This document shows positions 1 through 12,231 of a DNA stretch of 35,793 bases, one piece after another. Origin of the DNA: Octopus bimaculoides (lineage: Eukaryota); assembly GCF_001194135.2 (NCBI RefSeq), contig NC_069005.1:9350132-9385924 (forward strand), written 5' to 3'. The translations under genes and the position numbers were made by a program. A model generated the notes under the pieces. That model made no database searches, had not been told where the DNA came from, and saw only the letters and a program-made list of their open reading frames with translations. Each line of letters starts with the position of its first letter. The stretch's first letter is position 1.

Positions 1-202
1 ATATATATACACACACATATATATATATATATATATACACACACATATATATATATATATATATACACACACATATATATATATATATATATACACACAC
101 ATATATATATATATACACACACACATATATATATATATATATACATATATACACATATCTATCTACCTATCTATCTATCTATCTATGTATCTATCTATAT
201 AG
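1..202. repeat. Compound (TA)n/(CA)n minisatellite grading into (TATC)n
   Basis: Repeated units TACACACACA(TA)n followed by a TATC/TATCTA run. Confidence 0.95.
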
Positions 203-513
203 TTGCATACATATATGTGCATTTGTTTATATCTATATAAGTCTGTGTGTATGTGTGCACGTGCATGTGCTCTCACAATGATACTTGGGGGAGACATGAT
301 GAAGTTTGCTCATATTGGCAGTGAACTTTTGGCAGTTCCCCGTTTCCCAGATGAACCAATAATACGAAGACCAGATCAGGCTGAACAATCAGCTGTGGGG
401 AATCAAGCACAGAATTCAATGAAACAATAGCGGCCGAGGTACACTTGGCCAACGCCCAGAATGTATACGCAGCAGTTGGAACCAGATGCCTATTTTGTTA
501 GCCATGCACTGTT

Positions 514-688
514 AGGAAGCATTCTTTGCATCATCAACTTTTCGCTTTGCTTTCTCTTTCTGGCGTGAAGCTGGTAGTGGGAACAAAGCAAGGGAAGGAG
601 GTGGCGGGGTGGGGTGGGCAGTTTGGTTAACATAAGGGCCTTCATTTAGATGAAACCCTTGCTGCACCACATCATTCTGTTTCCACCT
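514..688 (-). CDS. Possible terminal coding exon, unidentified (WKQNDVVQQGFHLNEGPYVNQTAHPTPPPPSLALFPLPASRQKEKAKRKVDDAKNAS*)
   Basis: Manual translation of unique sequence gives a protein-like Pro-rich then Lys-rich stretch ending in TAA. It needs a weak acceptor (TTAATCAG|G) because an in-frame TAG lies four codons upstream. No homology recognised; coordinates approximate. Confidence 0.2.
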
Positions 689-776
689 GATTAACTATAT
701 TTTGCTGTTGTTGTTGTGTTTATAGTTACCGGTTACTAATTGTAGTTTATTAGATACAAATAACGATGCTGTAAAG

Positions 777-827
777 TCAATCGAAATTTGGAGGCGTAGG
801 TAGCTTTTGTTTAGCGTCTGAAATTAC
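777..827 (-). CDS. Possible short terminal exon (VISDAKQKLPTPPNFD*)
   Basis: Minus-strand acceptor GTTGTTCTTTACAG| at 828, 16 codons then TGA, and AATAAA about 25 nt downstream (plus TTTATT 746-751). No homology recognised. Confidence 0.25.
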   Translation of the reverse strand, partial: VISDAKQKLPTPPNFD

Positions 828-1097
828 CTGTAAAGAACAACTTGATTGTTATTTCAGTGATTACAAAGCATCTGCGAGGATGAAATGCAATAGCTGGCAT
901 GAGGTGGATTTGAACTCAGAATACAAAAAAACTGTGTGAAGAAATATTGAAAGACTGCGAAAGCTGATTGTATGTTGCAGCAATCTCTTCATCTTCGATG
1001 GAACCATTTGTTGTAGTTATAATGTTGGCAGAGTGGCTGTAGTTGTTTGAACTGGAATTATAGAAGGCTGACTGAGTATATACATAGGTGCTGATGT

Positions 1098-1250
1098 GGC
1101 TGTGTGGTAAAAAGCTTGCTTCCCAATCGCATGGTTTTGGGTTCAGTCCCACTGTGTGGCACCTTGGGCAAGTGTCTTCTCCAATAGCCTCAGACTGACC
1201 AAAGCCTTGTGAATGAATTTGGTAGACGGAAACTGAAAGAAGCCCGTCGT
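1098..1250 (+). mobile_element. tRNA-derived SINE family A, 5' half (3' part lost in the gap)
   Basis: Closely matches 9821-9970. tRNA-like head (GGCTGTGTGGT...GGGTTCAGTCCC) followed by CACCTTGGGCAAGTGTCTT, which resembles the CORE-SINE central motif. Confidence 0.9.
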
Positions 1251-2079
1251 ATATATATATATATATATATATATNNNNNNNNNNNNNNNNNNNNNNNNNN
1301 NNNNNNNNNNNNNNNNNNNNNNNNNNNNNNNNNNNNNNNNNNNNNNNNNNNNNNNNNNNNNNNNNNNNNNNNNNNNNNNNNNNNNNNNNNNNNNNNNNNN
1401 NNNNNNNNNNNNNNNNNNNNNNNNNNNNNNNNNNNNNNNNNNNNNNNNNNNNNNNNNNNNNNNNNNNNNNNNNNNNNNNNNNNNNNNNNNNNNNNNNNNN
1501 NNNNNNNNNNNNNNNNNNNNNNNNNNNNNNNNNNNNNNNNNNNNNNNNNNNNNNNNNNNNNNNNNNNNNNNNNNNNNNNNNNNNNNNNNNNNNNNNNNNN
1601 NNNNNNNNNNNNNNNNNNNNNNNNNNNNNNNNNNNNNNNNNNNNNNNNNNNNNNNNNNNNNNNNNNNNNNNNNNNNNNNNNNNNNNNNNNNNNNNNNNNN
1701 NNNNNNNNNNNNNNNNNNNNNNNNNNNNNNNNNNNNNNNNNNNNNNNNNNNNNNNNNNNNNNNNNNNNNNNNNNNNNNNNNNNNNNNNNNNNNNNNNNNN
1801 NNNNNNNNNNNNNNNNNNNNNNNNNNNNNNNNNNNNNNNNNNNNNNNNNNNNNNNNNNNNNNNNNNNNNNNNNNNNNNNNNNNNNNNNNNNNNNNNNNNN
1901 NNNNNNNNNNNNNNNNNNNNNNNNNNNNNNNNNNNNNNNNNNNNNNNNNNNNNNNNNNNNNNNNNNNNNNNNNNNNNNNNNNNNNNNNNNNNNNNNNNNN
2001 NNNNNNNNNNNNNNNNNNNNNNNNNNNNNNNNNNNNNNNNNNNNNNNNNNNNNNNNNNNNNNNNGTGTGTGTGTGTTAT

Positions 2080-2126
<47 letters not shown>

Positions 2127-2419
2127 GCACATATATACACACACTAATATTGAATAGTAACAATGAATGCTTGTGGCTCTCTCTCTTTCTCTAGTGTGTG
2201 TATGTATGTTTATATATGTGTGTTTGTGTATTTTATTTATATATGTATGTGTTATGTATATCTCTATGCATGTGTGTATCTCTCACTCTCTTTCTATATA
2301 TGGGCGTGTGCGTCTGTTTGTGTATATATATATATATATATGTGTGTGTGTGCACAAATGTTCAACCTCAAGTTTATATTTTTAGATCACAAATTAATAT
2401 ATGCACAAAACAAATACAA

Positions 2420-2452
<33 letters not shown>

Positions 2453-2649
2453 CATAAACATACACAAATACACATAGAGAAGTCAGGAATTTTAAAAAAA
2501 AGAACATTTTCCAAAATACAAAAAGTCCCTTTTTTCTCCCCTTAAAACTTAAAAAAAAAAAATATTAAAAATTTTCAATAAAATAAAAATATCAAATCTT
2601 TCTAATCAATAGATTGATTGGATTTATAAACTGCCGATGTGTCAGTTGA

Positions 2650-3115
2650 TTGATGGTGTTGGGGGGAAGAGGGGGCATTCGGTGTAAGGATGATGTTGGG
2701 CAGGGTGGTGGTGGTGGTGGTATTTGGGTGTGGCTGGGAGTTACGTCACCTAATGGTGATGATAATGGTTCTGATGTAGGGGATGATGGTGGTGATGGTG
2801 ATGTTGATGTTGATGTTAAGGGCAATGATGTTGGTGAGGATGATGATGTTGATAATTTTGATGATGGTGATGATGATGATGTTGATAATTTTGATGATGG
2901 TGATGATGATGATGATGGCTTGAGGTTGATGCTGGTGATGATGATGATGATGATGTTGTTGAGGAGGATGATGATGATGATGATGATGGTGATGGTGATG
3001 GTGATGGTGGTGATGGTGGTGGTGGTGGTGGTGGTGATGGTGATGGTGATGGTGATGATGGTGATGATGATGGTGGTGATGATGGTGGTGATGATGATGA
3101 TGATGTTGATGATGC
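2650..3115. repeat. (GAT)n/(GGT)n trinucleotide complex with a 33-bp internal tandem duplication (2848-2880, 2881-2913)
   Basis: Direct reading: GTTGATAATTTTGATGATGGTGATGATGATGAT occurs twice. Confidence 0.9.
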
Positions 3116-3213
3116 TGTCATTGGTGCTCTGCAATGCACTCCACTCTGTAAACTGCATCTTCTTCATCGTTTCTCTTTCTCCCCCCCTCTCTTTCTCTCT
3201 CTCTCTCTCTCTG

Positions 3214-3254
<41 letters not shown>

Positions 3255-3482
3255 AGATATCACCCTCCATCTCTCTCTTGTTCTCTCTCCGTCTCCTCCT
3301 CATCCTTGTCCCCTTCTCCCCACCTCCACCTCCACCACGTAGCTTCTTTGATTGCTGCTTCTCATTCTTTGTCTTTGTTGATCTTTGTTTATTTCTGTTG
3401 TTTTTTTTCTTTTGTTTTTAGATATGTGATTGTGAATGTCTGTGTGTGTATATGTGTCAGTCTTTATACCTGTGTGTGTGTG

Positions 3483-3515
<33 letters not shown>

Positions 3516-3559
3516 CATACGTATATGTATATATGTATGTATATATGTGTGTGTGTATA

Positions 3560-3608
<49 letters not shown>

Positions 3609-3785
3609 GTACGTATGTGTTTGTGAGCATATGCACCTAAAAAAAGTTAAGAAGCTGGAGGGGGTGATTAGAAACGTCTTTACCTGCCATGTTTGTTTCC
3701 TCCTCTTCCTCCTCATCTCCAGCCTTTTGCTCTTCCTTTTCTTCTTCTTCTTCCTATTCCTTCTGGTGCATGTAATTCTGTTTGT

Positions 3786-3821
<36 letters not shown>

Positions 3822-3959
3822 TTGAGTGTCCATGTGTGTGTGTGTGTGTGTGTGGCTATGCAGGCAGGCTGTTAGAAATGTCTAACCCACTCCAGCTCTG
3901 TACTTAAGAGTTGATATTCATCAACTAAAGACAACTTAAGTGGATTATTACCTCATTGT

Positions 3960-4925
3960 TGACGATGATGAGATGACGGCGATGACGACGACAGTAGATG
4001 ATTGCATTATAACGACAACAATAGATGATGATGATGACAATATCGTCATTGTTGATGTTGAGAATAGCAAGGATGATGATGATGATGACGATGATGATGA
4101 TGACNNNNNNNNNNNNNNNNNNNNNNNNNNNNNNNNNNNNNNNNNNNNNNNNNNNNNNNNNNNNNNNNNNNNNNNNNNNNNNNNNNNNNNNNNNNNNNNN
4201 NNNNNNNNNNNNNNNNNNNNNNNNNNNNNNNNNNNNNNNNNNNNNNNNNNNNNNNNNNNNNNNNNNNNNNNNNNNNNNNNNNNNNNNNNNNNNNNNNNNN
4301 NNNNNNNNNNNNNNNNNNNNNNNNNNNNNNNNNNNNNNNNNNNNNNNNNNNNNNNNNNNNNNNNNNNNNNNNNNNNNNNNNNNNNNNNNNNNNNNNNNNN
4401 NNNNNNNNNNNNNNNNNNNNNNNNNNNNNNNNNNNNNNNNNNNNNNNNNNNNNNNNNNNNNNNNNNNNNNNNNNNNNNNNNNNNNNNNNNNNNNNNNNNA
4501 TGCTGATGGTGACAGGAATGATTGTGATGAGGACGGTGGGGAGGGGGTGTGTGGTACGGTGATTGACGATGATGTGGATAACGCTGGTGATAACAACGAC
4601 AATGGTCACCGTCATTGTGAAGGTGAAGACGAAGATACAATGCTGATAACATGGGAGATGATGAAAACGATGACAATAACGACAATAATTATATGACGAT
4701 AATTAACAACAACGACAACAACAAAATTATGATAACAATGATTGTATAATGAAGATAGTGACAAAGATGATGATGACGATGATAATGACGATGATGATGA
4801 TGATGATAATTTTTTCTAATATCAACAATGATGACGATGATGATGATAATGATGATGATAATGAAATCTTAGACAGTGTTTCTGATCATTATGTTTATGA
4901 TGATGATGACAATGATGATGATGAG
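3960..4925. repeat. Degenerate (GAT/GAC/AAC)n low-complexity block spanning a gap
   Basis: Trinucleotide periodicity throughout; the ORFs called here are homopolymeric. Confidence 0.9.
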
Positions 4926-5382
4926 AGCAAAGCACAATTCATTTAATTAGCTTTAAGGCGGACAAGCTTTTGTTTTCATTAAGTACCTTTGTTCTTCTTC
5001 ATGTTGTTGTTGTTAATGTTGTTTCACGTTCAGTATCTTTGTTTTTGATTTTTTTTCTTATATTTGATTTTGCCGTTTTTATTTTTATACTTGTTTAAAA
5101 CGAAAGATGTTTGTTGTTGCTGTTGTTGTTGTTCTTCTTCTTCTTCTTCTTTCCTTCCGTCTTTCCTTCCTTCCTTCCTTTCTTCACGTTTTGATTTTAT
5201 TTAATGGTTAAACGTGTGCGTGCATGCATGTGTGCAGGTGTACAGGTGTGTGTTAACGAGCTGGGGGAATGTTTGGGTTACTAATTTAGTTTAAGGGTTT
5301 AAAACAAAACACAAAATTAAAATGCAAATAAAAACAAATAAAAATGCCACCGTTTCAAAAATACTCTTACACACACACACAC

Positions 5383-5418
<36 letters not shown>

Positions 5419-5576
5419 GATGCAATTATTATAAGGAAAAGAAAGGCAGTAACGACTTCAAAGTCATTGTTCTCAGACTCCTTGAATAAAAGTCTAATAG
5501 ATATGTACTTTAGAAGAAGTATTGAATAATTCTTCAGTTTAATGTAAAATTATGGGTGTCTTTTGTTTTCATTTTA

Positions 5577-5756
5577 ACTTGTTTTTCAGTCTTTTAACTG
5601 TGGCCATGCTGGGGCTCTGCCTTGAAGAATTTTGGTCTAAGGAATCAGCTTTGCTACATACTCTTTACTCTTTTACTTGTTTCAGTCATTTGACTGTGGC
5701 CATGCTGGGGTACCACCTTGAACAATTTTGGTCTAGGGAATCAGCTCTGCTACATG
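5577..5756 (-). repeat. Tandem duplication (period ~98 bp) of the 3' tail of SINE family A
   Basis: ACTTGTTT..CAGTC..T.ACTGTGGCCATGCTGGGG...CCTTGAA.AATTTTGGTCTA.GGAATCAGCT.TGCTACAT at 5577-5660 and again at 5675-5756. Confidence 0.85.
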
Positions 5757-6041
5757 TTTTCTGTTTGTTTGTTTTTTTTTAGGCATGATATATTTACTCT
5801 ACCAGTCTCTTTTGCCAAACTGCTAAGGTACAGGGACATAAACACACCAACACCGGTTGTCAAGCCATGGTGGGGATGAACATAGGCACAAATATGCATG
5901 CATATACACACACATGTATATATATGACTGACTGACTTTCAGTTTCCGTCAACCAAATTCACTCAGTAGAAGATACTTGCTCAAGGTGCCATGTAATGGG
6001 ACTGGACCCAGTGTCATGTGGTTACATCACAGCCATGCCTG
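5661..6041 (-). mobile_element. SINE family A, diverged and internally deleted copy
   Basis: Reverse complement aligns by eye to 9821-10213 (tail CTCTTTACTCTTTTACTTGTTTCAGTCATTTGACTG; head ...CACAGCC). Confidence 0.85.
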
Positions 6042-6158
6042 TTAAAAAACAAGGCTCGTTACAAAATACTTGTTACAAAAACCAACATTAATATATAATA
6101 TATACATATATATGTTTGTGTGTGTGTGTGTATATATATCCATACAAACATACACACA

Positions 6159-6637
6159 CATCATCATCATCATCGTTTAACGTCCGCTTTCTATGCTAGC
6201 ATGGGTTGGACGGTTTGACTGAGGACAGGTGAGCCAGAGGCTGCACCAGGCTCAATCTGATCTAGCAAAGTTTCTACAGCTGGATACCCTTCCTAATGCC
6301 AACCACTCTGAGATTGTATTGGATACTTTTTATGTGCCACCAGCATGAGGGCTAGTCAGGTGGTTCTGGTGATGACCACATTCAAAAGGTATTTTACGTG
6401 CTACCTGCACGGGAGCCAGGCCGGCGGCACTGGCAACAACCACGCTCGAATGTTGTTTTTTACATGCCACCGGCACATGTGCTGGTAAGGCGACGCTGGC
6501 AACTATCACACTCGAATGATGCTTTTCTTGTGTCACCAGCACGGGAGCCAATCCATGGTCCTGGCAATGATCACGCTCGGATGTGCTTTTAATGATCCAC
6601 TGGCACAAGTGCCAATCAGGTGGTACTGTCATTGACC
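6159..6637 (-). mobile_element. 5'-truncated non-LTR retroelement 3' UTR (RTE-type tail) with an internal 64-66-bp tandem array
   Basis: The minus strand ends AACCGTCCAACCCATGCTAGCATAGAAAGCGGACGTTAAACGATGATGATG, the same tail as 9130-9178, 14030-14090, 29135-29186 and 34308-34362. The RTE assignment is from recall. Confidence 0.75.
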
Positions 6638-6667
6638 ACATACACATACATATATCCATATATATCA

Positions 6668-6851
6668 AGACTGAACACTATTCAATTTTTTTTCTCCGTG
6701 TTTTTCTCCTTGTCTCTGTATTCTTTCTGTTGAAGAGCGTAGCTCGAAACGTCAAAGACTTTCCGTGTTCCCGAGCGTCATACTAATACATCCTTTTGTT
6801 ATTTACACCACCTGTCCTCGTCTGTTGTTGTTTTTTCGTACATTCTCCCAT
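6668..6851 (+). mobile_element. Short repeat family C (probable Penelope-like pseudo-LTR remnant) carrying a hammerhead-like motif
   Basis: Homologous to 16994-17087 and 17603-17800 (shared CTTTCTG..GAAGAGC..GCT..AAA.GT.AAAGACTTTC; ACTAATACATC...TTTACAC..CCTGTC also shared with the third copy). Ends in a (TA)n run. Confidence 0.75.
6722..6758 (+). ncRNA. Minimal type-I hammerhead-ribozyme-like motif with non-canonical core
   Basis: Stem I TCTTT/AAAGA; core CTGTTGA plus an extra A; stem II GAGC-GTA-GCTC; GAAA; self-complementary ACGT stem III; GTC triplet at 6751-6753. Confidence 0.6.
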
Positions 6852-7491
6852 GTATATATATATATATATATNNNNNNNNNNNNNNNNNNNNNNNNNNNNN
6901 NNNNNNNNNNNNNNNNNNNNNNNNNNNNNNNNNNNNNNNNNNNNNNNNNNNNNNNNNNNNNNNNNNNNNNNNNNNNNNNNNNNNNNNNNNNNNNNNNNNN
7001 NNNNNNNNNNNNNNNNNNNNNNNNNNNNNNNNNNNNNNNNNNNNNNNNNNNNNNNNNNNNNNNNNNNNNNNNNNNNNNNNNNNNNNNNNNNNNNNNNNNN
7101 NNNNNNNNNNNNNNNNNNNNNNNNNNNNNNNNNNNNNNNNNNNNNNNNNNNNNNNNNNNNNNNNNNNNNNNNNNNNNNNNNNNNNNNNNNNNNNNNNNNN
7201 NNNNNNNNNNNNNNNNNNNNNNNNNNNNNNNNNNNNNNNNNNNNNNNNNNNNNNNNNNNNNNNNNNNNNNNNNNNNNNNNNNNNNNNNNNNNNNNNNNNN
7301 NNNNNNNNNNNNNNNNNNNNNNNNNNNNNNNNNNNNNNNNNNNNNNNNNNNNNNNNNNNNNNNNNNNNNNNNNNNNNNNNNNNNNNNNNNNNNNNNNNNN
7401 NNNNNNNNNNNNNNNNNNNNNNNNNNNNNNNNNNNNNNNNNNNNNNNNNNNNNNNNNNNNNNNNNNNNNNNNNNNNNNNNNNNNNNNNNNN

Positions 7492-7523
<32 letters not shown>

Positions 7524-7605
7524 TATATACATATAAATATTTATACATATATGCCTAGATTTATGCATACACATTCACACACATGTACATAGATCATCAT
7601 CTATG

Positions 7606-7669
<64 letters not shown>

Positions 7670-7884
7670 CACATATATATGTAGATATATATCTATAAGT
7701 GTATGTACCTGAAAAAGTTAGTGATAAAAAAAATAAAAACAAAGACATATGAAGGACAAATATCAAAAAACAATGAAATGCAAGAGCCAAAATCAAATGT
7801 GAAGAAGCATTTCCCGCCATGAGGAAAAGACAAATTCAGTATTAGACAAATATGAGTTAAACTGATAATCACGAATGTTTAACA

Positions 7885-8030
7885 GAGGGTACCACCAGAG
7901 GAAATAGTCTGTGGAAATGGTAAGTTGACGAAAGTGAAACCAGTACTTGTTTGGTACTTTATTTAAGTGACCCGGATGAGATGAGAAGTAAAACTGGACT
8001 TGGTTGGATTTGAACAGAGAATGTAAGGAA
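7885..8030 (-). mobile_element. SINE family B, highly degenerate
   Basis: CCAGTACTTGTTTGGTACTTTATTT...GGATTTGAAC aligns to the other family B copies. Confidence 0.6.
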
Positions 8031-8054
8031 CTAGGATGGATAGATAGATACTGT

Positions 8055-8216
8055 GGCTGTGTGGTTAAGGAACTCACAGTGCAACCATGTGCTTTTGGGT
8101 TCAGTTCCTATGTGCAATACTTCGGGGAAATGTCTTTTACAATATCCCTGAATATTGAATATTGACCGATTGCCTGTGAGTGAATTTGGTAGGTGGAAAC
8201 TGAAAGAAGACTGTCA
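8055..8216 (+). mobile_element. SINE family A head, diverged
   Basis: GGCTGTGTGGTTAAG...GGGTTCAGTTCC...GTGAGTGAATTTGGTAGGTGGAAACTGAAAGAAG. Confidence 0.8.
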
Positions 8217-8238
8217 TATATATATCTGTATCTATATC

Positions 8239-8479
8239 TATCTTATTTCCTTATTGCCCACAAGGGGCTACACACAGAGGGGACAAACAAGGACAGGCAC
8301 ACGTATTAAGTCGATTATATCGACCCCCAGTGCGTAACTGGTACTTATTCAATCGGCCCCAAAAGGATGAAAGGCAAAGTGGACCTTGGCGGAATTTGAA
8401 CTCAGAACATAGCAGCAGATGAAATACCGCTAAGCATTTTGCCCGGCGTGCTAACGTTTCTGCCAGCTCGCTCGCCTTA
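8239..8479 (-). mobile_element. tRNA-derived SINE family B, well-preserved copy
   Basis: The minus strand begins with an A-box-like TGGCAGAAACGTTAG and a B-box GAGTTCAAATTCC (plus 8391-8403). The body is shared with copies at 16.6, 22.9, 31.9 and 32.2 kb. Confidence 0.9.
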
Positions 8480-8848
8480 CCTATATCTGTCTGTCCATCT
8501 ATTTCCCCCTTTTATTTTTGTTTCTTCTTTTTTTTTTTACGATCCCTTTTGATCGAAAATCTACCCCCCCCCCNNNNNNNNNNNNNNNNNNNNNNNNNNN
8601 NNNNNNNNNNNNNNNNNNNNNNNNNNNNNNNNNNNNNNNNNNNNNNNNNNNNNNNNNNNNNNNNNNNNNNNNNNNNNNNNNNNNNNNNNNNNNNNNNNNN
8701 NNNNNNNNNNNNNNNNNNNNNNNNNNNNNNNNNNNNNNNNNNNNNNNNNNNNNNTTTTCTTCTTCCTTCCCTCTCCTCCCCAAAAAGAAAAGCTCTGCTT
8801 TGTAACTTGTCCCCTCAGTGTTCAGCCCTGTGTGGCTAATAAAGAAAC

Positions 8849-8896
<48 letters not shown>

Positions 8897-8939
8897 CTCT
8901 ATCTATCTGTGTGCATGTGCATGTGTTTCTGTGTTCTGG

Positions 8940-9178
8940 GATCAAATGATGGTTGCAAATGAGCATCACCGTCATACAAGCGGCATTGTTCATTGTTCAT
9001 GTCTTCCATAAAGAAAAAAGAAAAGCACATGTCTAGCCATGGGGAAATATTACCTTGCTTGAAACAGGCAAAGAGTTGCTGACAGGAAGGGCATCCAAGC
9101 ACAGAAAATCTGCCTCAACAAAAACTCTCTCCGACCAATGCAAGCATGGAAAGGTGGACGTTAAATGATGTTGATGAG
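8940..9178 (+). mobile_element. 3' half of a SINE with an RTE-type tail
   Basis: Aligns to 13860-14090; ends GCAAGCATGGAAAGGTGGACGTTAAATGATG. Confidence 0.75.
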
Positions 9179-9470
9179 GACATGAACTCCATACACATAC
9201 ATGACTGTGTGGTTAAGAAGTTCTCTTTGTACTCATGAGGTTTTTAATTCAATCCTACTGGATGTTACGTTGGACAAGGTTCTTTTGCTACTTCTGAATG
9301 GCTCTATGCTAACGAATATGTTTTAATGAATGTTAATTAACAGAAATTACACAGAAGCCTCTCCGGTGTGCTCCGTATTATTTCGCCTTTCTTACCCATT
9401 CCTTATCCTTCGTTGTTTCTACATTACATTTGCATACCTTTGTTTCCACTCATTATTACACCTTGTCACG

Positions 9471-9793
9471 GAAGGTGAGCAGCTTAGTGGTTTGGGTATT
9501 CAGCTCATAATCACACGGTTGTGAGTTCGATTACCGGTGGTGCATATCTCCTTAAGCAAGACTCTTTATTTCACATTGCTCCAATCCACTCAGCTGGCAA
9601 AAACGAGATGTGCTTGTATTTCGAAGGGCCAGCCTTGTCACACTCTGCGTCACGCTGAATCTCCCTCAGAACTACATTAAAGGTACGTGTATCTGTGGAG
9701 TGTTCAGCCACATGCATGCTAACCTCCCAAACAGGCTGGTCCCATTGATCAAATCACCTGAAACCCCTCGTCCTCGTAACCGACGGAGTGCCA
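9471..9793 (+). mobile_element. tRNA-derived SINE family D, near full length
   Basis: GCTTAGTGGTTTGGG A-box-like, GAGTTCGATTACC B-box-like, then CCTTAAGCAAGACTCTTTATTTCACATTGCTCCAATCCACTCAGCTGGCAAAAA, shared with 33383-33516 (+) and 17240-17379 (-). Confidence 0.85.
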
Positions 9794-9820
9794 GTATTCC
9801 TCGTCAGCACAATCTTCGAT

Positions 9821-10213
9821 GGCTGTGTGGTAAGTAGCTTGCTTACCAACCACATGGTTCCGGGTTCAGTCCCACTGCGTGGCACCTTGGGCAAGTGTCT
9901 TCTACTATAGCCTCGGGCCGACCAAAGCCTTGTGAGTGGATTTGGTAGACGGAAACTGAAAGAAGCCCGTCGTATATATGTGTATATATATGTATATATG
10001 TGTGTGTGTTTGTGTTCATCCTCCCACCATCGCTTGACAACCGATGCTGGTGTGTTTACATCCCCGTAACTTAGCGGTTTGGCAAAAAGAGCCCGATAGA
10101 ATAAGTACTAGGCTTACAAAGAATAAGTCCTGGGGTCGATTTTCTCGACTAAAGGTGGTGCTCCAGCATGGCCACAGTCAAATGACTGAAACAAGTAAAA
10201 GAGAGTAAAAGAG
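9821..10213 (+). mobile_element. SINE family A, full-length and well preserved
   Basis: Head, CORE-like motif, internal TA/TG microsatellite and the 3' tail CCAGCATGGCCACAGTCAAATGACTGAAACAAGTAAAAGAGAGTAAAAGAG. Confidence 0.92.
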
Positions 10214-10495
10214 TCTGTATCTCCATCTGCATTACCATGCAAAGCCCCAAGAAAACCTAAAATAAAATTTCTCTTGCCTGTCTGTGTATCAAATATAGTC
10301 AAATCTACAACACACGCACACCAATATTACAAATTATCTCCATATCCTCAATTCTACACTTCGTTTTTGTTCAACAATTTCGTTGAAAAACTAACAAATT
10401 TCCTAGCTGTGTTTATTTTTCATTTCTACTTAAGCAATATTTATAATGTAATTATTTTGGTACTTCTTTTATTTTTCTAATAAAACCAGTGTTAT

Positions 10496-10538
<43 letters not shown>

Positions 10539-10759
10539 TCTCATCCTTGCTGGATTTCTGTTTGTTCTTTTTTGTTGTGGTTTTTTTTTGTTTTTTCTTT
10601 TGCTGTTTACATAAACCACCATTTCCCTTTTCTTGCTTGTTTCTTTATCGCTCGTTGTCTCTCTCTCTCTCTCTATGGTGTTTGTTGTTGCGTATATTTT
10701 TGCCTTCATTACAGTTATTGAAAATTAGGATGGACAGACGAGCAAATGTTTGTATCTTA

Positions 10760-12231
<1,472 letters not shown>

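Noticed and set aside
2650-3342. Gly/Asp/Met-rich 230-aa ORF and the antisense Ser/Pro/His-rich ORF
   Set aside because: These are translations of (GAT)/(GGT) repeats, with no splice signals or domain.
5420-5540. Minus frame IRLLFKESENNDFEVVTAFLFLIIIA
   Set aside because: No start codon or usable donor, and no recognised homology.
7701-7745. Minus-strand pyrimidine tract + CTAAC + CAG|GTACAT (possible ratchet point); similar site at 29875
   Set aside because: The branch motif is too close to the AG, the donors are weak, and such motifs are expected by chance in AT-rich DNA.
7886-7925. Plus-strand 34-nt micro-exon ending in GTAAGT
   Set aside because: It lies inside a degenerate SINE family B copy, and the motif is explained by the repeat.
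8370-8479. Functional tRNA genes at SINE heads (also 1098, 9471, 9821, 22479)
   Set aside because: A- and B-box-like motifs are present, but no complete cloverleaf forms and each continues into a SINE body.
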